Assembly: GCA_033344735.1 (NCBI GenBank)
Contig: JAWPMW010000001.1
Location: 2,270,171-2,334,170 of the forward strand
Length of the DNA stretch: 64,000 nt
Source of the DNA: Gammaproteobacteria bacterium
GTDB lineage: Bacteria > Pseudomonadota > Gammaproteobacteria > UBA4575
Direction: 5' to 3'
A program made the translations under genes and the position numbers. Every line of letters starts with the position of its first letter. Positions within the stretch are counted from its first letter, which is position 1. Positions 60,229-64,000 of the stretch are shown here, piece after piece. The notes beneath the pieces were generated by a model, which was not told where the DNA came from, did not search any database, and was given only the letters and a program-made list of their open reading frames with translations.

Positions 60229-61752
60229 TTATTTGTTTTTATCTAATTTGCGCGCCTTTTTGACCCAGTCATCGCGAGAAATTCTATCCTTAAAACTGCC
60301 TAACTTAGAGGAAATTTCATCGATATCTTTTTGTTTCCAGGCGGCAATCTGAGAGAATTTGTAAATACCTAAATCATTTAGCATCCCCTCTATTTTAGGA
60401 CCCACACCTTTAATTAATTTTAAATCGTCAACAGCTGAATCGGTTAGTGTCGGGATCTTACCTTCAGTTGTAGTTTCTGGGCTCTGAATTCTTTGTGTGA
60501 ATAATTGATTTTTTGTTTCACTCAACTTAGAGCGGTAAGCATCAATAGTAAATCTATGCTCGCGAATCTGGTCTTCAAGCTCGGTATGTGATTGTGACTC
60601 AGCCTTGACCTGTGCTAATTCTGATTCAAGTTCTTTAATTTTGACGCTTTGATCTAGCTGAACAACCGGTGCTTTTTGTGCGCGATTTTCGGTTTTTCGC
60701 AGCTGCACGCGAAGATCATTAATGATTGCATCTTTTTCTTCACAACTATCAGTAAGAACACGTTCGGTCTCAATTGTCTCTAATCGTGCTTCGCGGATCT
60801 GGTTATGCATGCGGCCATATACTTCTTTTTTAGAGGTGCCTAGTAGGCGAATACGGTCAACTAAACGCAATGTTTTATTGTCACTGACATCCACGGGTGG
60901 TGGTAATGGCGGCATAGGATTATTTCTACGGTCGCGCAAATTCTGAAGTTCATTGGTGACTTCAGATAATCTGGTGTGAGTGCGATTAAGGTTATCTTCA
61001 TTTGCACTTAATGAGGTTTGGATGTTGTCTGCATAACTACGTAATTGATTGTAGTCAGATTTAGTCTTCATTAATTTAGTCTGGAAAACTCGAATCCAAG
61101 TTCGTAAAGGCTGTTGTTTGTTTTCAATCTCAGTTAGGCGATTATGCGCGCGCGCTAAATTATCTCTATGAGCGCGATCACTCTGTGCTACTGCATTAGC
61201 ATAACTGCGCAATTGACCATAGTCGGTTTTAGTTTTCAATAGCTTAGTTTGGAACACTGACACCCAATCTTTCAAATTAGATACTTTAGTGTCTACTTCA
61301 GTGAGTCGAGTATGAACGCGTGTAAGATTTTCTTTAGTAGCTTTGGCTTCCCATGCTTTAGCTTCTGCAAACTTTCGATTCTGCGAAAGCTGAGTCTTTT
61401 TGTCTGCTAACTTTACTTGTAAGGATTGGATCCACTTTAGTTGATTAGGTGTCTGTCGTGCTTGTTTTAGGGTGCTTTGCCAGCGAGAACTCATTAGGTG
61501 CGCATTACCTTCGGCAATTGCTACATCACTGCGTAACTGCACAACAGAATTTTGAGATGCCGTTAGTTGTTGTTGTGTGGAAGCAAGTTCGCCTTTTACG
61601 GAATTAAATTCACTAGTTAATGCTTGTTTTTGTGATTCAATTTCGGCAATTGCTTTATTGCATTTGCATCGACTTAAAAACCAACCTATTAGTACTCCAA
61701 TAACTGCTGCAACTAATAAGTAGGCTCCCATTTCGCCTACAAGATAAGACAT
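60229..61752 (-). CDS. Membrane-anchored coiled-coil protein with ~57-aa tandem repeats and C-terminal helix-hairpin-helix motif
   Basis: N-terminal TM (LLVAAVIGVLIGWFL) followed by positive residues (C-terminus inside). Repeats NLTRVHTRLTEV...FQTKLLKTKTDYGQLRSYA / NLARAHNRLTEI...FQTKLMKTKSDYNQLRSYA, mirrored by ~171-bp DNA repeats at ~60850-61350. C-terminal LKLIKGVGPKIEGMLNDLGI HhH. Confidence 0.6.
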   Translation of the reverse strand: MSYLVGEMGAYLLVAAVIGVLIGWFLSRCKCNKAIAEIESQKQALTSEFNSVKGELASTQQQLTASQNSVVQLRSDVAIAEGNAHLMSSRWQSTLKQARQTPNQLKWIQSLQVKLADKKTQLSQNRKFAEAKAWEAKATKENLTRVHTRLTEVDTKVSNLKDWVSVFQTKLLKTKTDYGQLRSYANAVAQSDRAHRDNLARAHNRLTEIENKQQPLRTWIRVFQTKLMKTKSDYNQLRSYADNIQTSLSANEDNLNRTHTRLSEVTNELQNLRDRRNNPMPPLPPPVDVSDNKTLRLVDRIRLLGTSKKEVYGRMHNQIREARLETIETERVLTDSCEEKDAIINDLRVQLRKTENRAQKAPVVQLDQSVKIKELESELAQVKAESQSHTELEDQIREHRFTIDAYRSKLSETKNQLFTQRIQSPETTTEGKIPTLTDSAVDDLKLIKGVGPKIEGMLNDLGIYKFSQIAAWKQKDIDEISSKLGSFKDRISRDDWVKKARKLDKNK

Positions 61753-61756
61753 ATCG

Positions 61757-62617
61757 TTACTCTCCGTTTTTAACTTTAATTTCTATGCGTCGATTTTTGA
61801 TTCGACCTGCTTTTGTATCATTAGGAGCAATAGGGAATTGGTCGCCAAACCCATTCGCTTCAATACGCGAGCCATCAATGCCAGCGCTGACTAAATAGTC
61901 AAATACTGATTTAGCTCGTTTTTTACTGATTTCTAGATTTAATTCAGGATTTCCAGAGCTATCAGTATGTCCATTTACGCTGATGCTAACACTTGGATTT
62001 TCATTAAGTGTATTAGCTGCGCTATCCAGTGTTTGCTGTGCGGTAGTGGTCAGTGCTGCTGAACTTTTTTCAAAAGTAATATTGCTGAAATCTAATTGTT
62101 TAAATTTTTCTTTAGCGATTTCTATCGCTAGTGTTGCTTCATCCTCTAGCGGTGCAAATTCGGCCGGCATTGGTTCTACTTTAGCATTCAAGATTGGTAA
62201 CTTGCTTGGTGCCGATTCAGAGATTCCCGGTGAGACTTCCTCAGAACTGATAGCCTCAGGTACGATAGTCTCTTGCACCTCTATCTGATTGTCTACAAGC
62301 CTGACGCCAACGGTACTTAAGACGATTTTCTCAACGCTGCTACGCTCATCTTGGCTATTTACTGAGCCTTTAAGGGTCACATCACGCCCGTCAGTTGCGA
62401 CTTGAACTTTGCTGTTTTGACCGGATTCAAGCAAATTTTTCGTAGAGCGGACTTGAATATCTTGTTGAATTTCCTGTGCTTTTTCTGTTGTTGCTCGAGA
62501 ATAGAGAAAATAGAGCAAAATCAGGCCGACTAGCAAAATTGCCCAAATCCATAACGGGCATTGGGGTTGTCTATTCTGTGTATTTTCAGGCATAAGCTTA
62601 ATTAACTTGGGAGCCAA
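61757..62617 (-). CDS. Membrane-anchored BON-domain / OmpA-family peptidoglycan-binding protein
   Basis: N-terminal TM; BON-like segment (VQVATDGRDVTLKGSVNS...); C-terminal OmpA_C motifs (NGHTDSSGNPELNLEISKKRA...RIKNRRIEI); 4 nt upstream of the coiled-coil gene. Confidence 0.7.
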   Translation of the reverse strand: MAPKLIKLMPENTQNRQPQCPLWIWAILLVGLILLYFLYSRATTEKAQEIQQDIQVRSTKNLLESGQNSKVQVATDGRDVTLKGSVNSQDERSSVEKIVLSTVGVRLVDNQIEVQETIVPEAISSEEVSPGISESAPSKLPILNAKVEPMPAEFAPLEDEATLAIEIAKEKFKQLDFSNITFEKSSAALTTTAQQTLDSAANTLNENPSVSISVNGHTDSSGNPELNLEISKKRAKSVFDYLVSAGIDGSRIEANGFGDQFPIAPNDTKAGRIKNRRIEIKVKNGE

Positions 62618-62799
62618 GTTATCGTCTGTCTATTATTATTAGTTATGGTGTAAGTATTGCCTGCTTGCGGCAAAGAAGCAATGTTCTCTACACATCCCAA
62701 ACACAATGTGCCTCAGATATGAATCAAGGATGACGAATTAATTAACTAATTAGAATTATTGAGAGTATCTAGATTAACTGAGATATCTATGTGCTTAAT

Positions 62800-63270
62800 C
62801 TATCGAGCGATTTTTTCATTTAGATTGTCTTTGATTACATCTAGTAACTCAAATGTACTTGCCACTTGTGAATTGGATAGATCTGAAGTCACAGATTGGA
62901 CTATTTGTTCTAGGCGCTGGACACCTAATTGTGCAATCTTTCTACCCTGTGCTGTAACCTGGATTTCGACCACGCGCCTATCAGTCAGATTATGAGTACG
63001 GCTGACTAAGTTGCGCGATTCTAAAATATCTAAACTACGACTGACGGTTGCCCTTTCCATTCCTAACTGAGATGCAACTTTAGAGGGGTTATCAACTTGT
63101 TCCTGAGTTAAACAATCTAATATTAACCACTGACTATATTTCACATCATATTTAGATAAACGATTATTAACTTCTAATCGGCATAGCGTGTGTAAATGAT
63201 CTCCGCATTGAAGGAAGGATCTAGTAAAAGATTTTAACTCTGTGTTGGTGAGTTTCTTTAATTTACTCAT
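62800..63270 (-). CDS. MarR-family transcriptional regulator
   Basis: 156 aa; winged-helix region (ATVSRSLDILESRNLVSRTHNLTDRRVVEIQVTAQGRK). Confidence 0.8.
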   Translation of the reverse strand: MSKLKKLTNTELKSFTRSFLQCGDHLHTLCRLEVNNRLSKYDVKYSQWLILDCLTQEQVDNPSKVASQLGMERATVSRSLDILESRNLVSRTHNLTDRRVVEIQVTAQGRKIAQLGVQRLEQIVQSVTSDLSNSQVASTFELLDVIKDNLNEKIAR

Positions 63271-63665
63271 TATCTTTGTTTCGGCCTCGTCTATAAAATA
63301 ATGTCATATTTATGTTTTGATGCGGATAGACCCAGCCAAAACTAGCCGCCAATTATTTTGTTGAAGCGTTATAGCATTCTTTTTTTTAAAACAAAGCAAT
63401 TGTTAACAGTAACAATAGTATAAAAATTGACCGATACCAAAAGACTGTATACGACAAGAATTAAATTAAGTAGATTGATACTCTAATTTGATTGAATAAA
63501 TGCATTAAATTCAAAGACTTTGATGGAGGCTTACTGTCTTAGTAGTCATATAATTATTCAATTTTATTTGTCGTTAACGTCAATACAAAGTGATAAGAAT
63601 TGTAAATTATATTTGTATAGGCATTAGATAACTTAATGATTCTATTTAAATATTTATTTGGGGGT

Positions 63666-63742
63666 TGGCGCCCCGAGCACGATTCGAACGTGCGACCTTC
63701 CCCTTAGGAGGGGGACGCTCTATCCAGCTGAGCTACCGGGGC
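63666..63742 (-). tRNA. tRNA-Arg (anticodon CCU)
   Basis: Cloverleaf folded by hand: acceptor GCCCCGG/TCGGGGC, D-arm GCTC-AGCTGGATA-GAGC, anticodon loop CUCCUAA, T-loop TTCGAAT, 3' GCCA. Confidence 0.8.
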
Positions 63743-63897
63743 CATTAGAGTTGCTGAGATATTTTAACAGGCAGTTAGCCAAGTGATGAAATTAGGGATT
63801 GTATTGCCAATATGGGTGGAGGTAGACAAATTGTGTGATTTGAAGTTACAGACCACATTGTTGTCCTACGCTCTCTTTTAGAGCGATGGACATGACA

Positions 63898-63982
63898 TGG
63901 TGCCGAGGGCGAGAATCGAACTCGCACTTCCGAAGAAACCGGATTTTGAATCCGGCGCGTCTACCAATTCCGCCACCCCGGC
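63898..63982 (-). tRNA. tRNA-Leu (anticodon CAA)
   Basis: Acceptor GCCGGGG/CCCTCGGC, anticodon arm CCGGA-UUCAAAA-UCCGG, long variable arm (class II tRNA), T-loop TTCGATT, 3' ACCA. Confidence 0.8.
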
Positions 63983-64000
63983 ATATGTTAAGGTTCGCGA

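Noticed and set aside
60850-61350. ~171-bp tandem DNA repeats
   Set aside because: Not a CRISPR array or satellite; they are in-frame coding repeats of the coiled-coil protein (57-aa units), diverged at ~70% identity with no spacer/repeat regularity.
59800-63660. Genomic island or prophage integrated at the tRNA-Arg/tRNA-Leu pair
   Set aside because: No integrase, excisionase, phage structural or transposase genes, and no visible att duplication; content is membrane-envelope proteins plus a regulator.
1-64000. CRISPR arrays, restriction-modification, toxin–antitoxin or other defence modules
   Set aside because: No short direct-repeat/spacer arrays seen and no nuclease, methylase, helicase or reverse-transcriptase-like ORFs. 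All large ORFs could be accounted for as housekeeping, C1-metabolism, pilus or envelope functions.

Overview
This 64 kb window reads as an AT-rich gammaproteobacterial chromosome segment, mostly core housekeeping genes in conserved synteny. Those include pilC/pilB, pilR/pilS, nadE, bamD–rluD–pgeF–clpB, proS, dapA–bamC, folE2–dxs–ispA–xseB, radA, corC–ypjD–ffh–rpsP–rimM–trmD–rplS, ogt, htpG, hslR, ispG, yjbQ and two tRNAs at the 3' edge. Four stretches look accessory or unusual.

(i) A pilin-glycosylation cassette (GT-C/PMT-like transferase with TPR tail, two GT2 enzymes and a flippase-like membrane protein) sits between pilA and pilB.

(ii) A minus-strand cluster of eight genes encodes FwdD-like, FwdB-like, FwdA, Ftr, FwdC, a 7Fe ferredoxin, an FprA-type NADPH:ferredoxin reductase and FdhD. 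The FwdB-like subunit keeps the formate-dehydrogenase-family 'CHGPS' active-site motif and the N-terminal Fe-S cysteines. That suggests a genuine pterin-dependent, NADPH/ferredoxin-linked formylmethanofuran dehydrogenase rather than the metal-free Fhc hydrolase known from methylotrophs. An uncharacterised rubrerythrin / HdrD-like Fe-S protein / DUF3501 triad with a strong palindromic operator lies next to it.

(iii) Two tandem paralogous FHA-domain proteins share a novel N-terminal Arg-rich 'YPF-DS' motif, together with an unannotated 52-aa membrane ORF and a 361-aa protein of unknown function.

(iv) A MarR regulator is followed by a transmembrane BON+OmpA protein and a transmembrane coiled-coil protein carrying ~57-aa tandem repeats and a C-terminal helix-hairpin-helix. 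No CRISPR array, integrase, transposase or recognisable defence genes were seen. The H4MPT/methanofuran genes suggest a methylotroph-like gammaproteobacterium, but this is inference.
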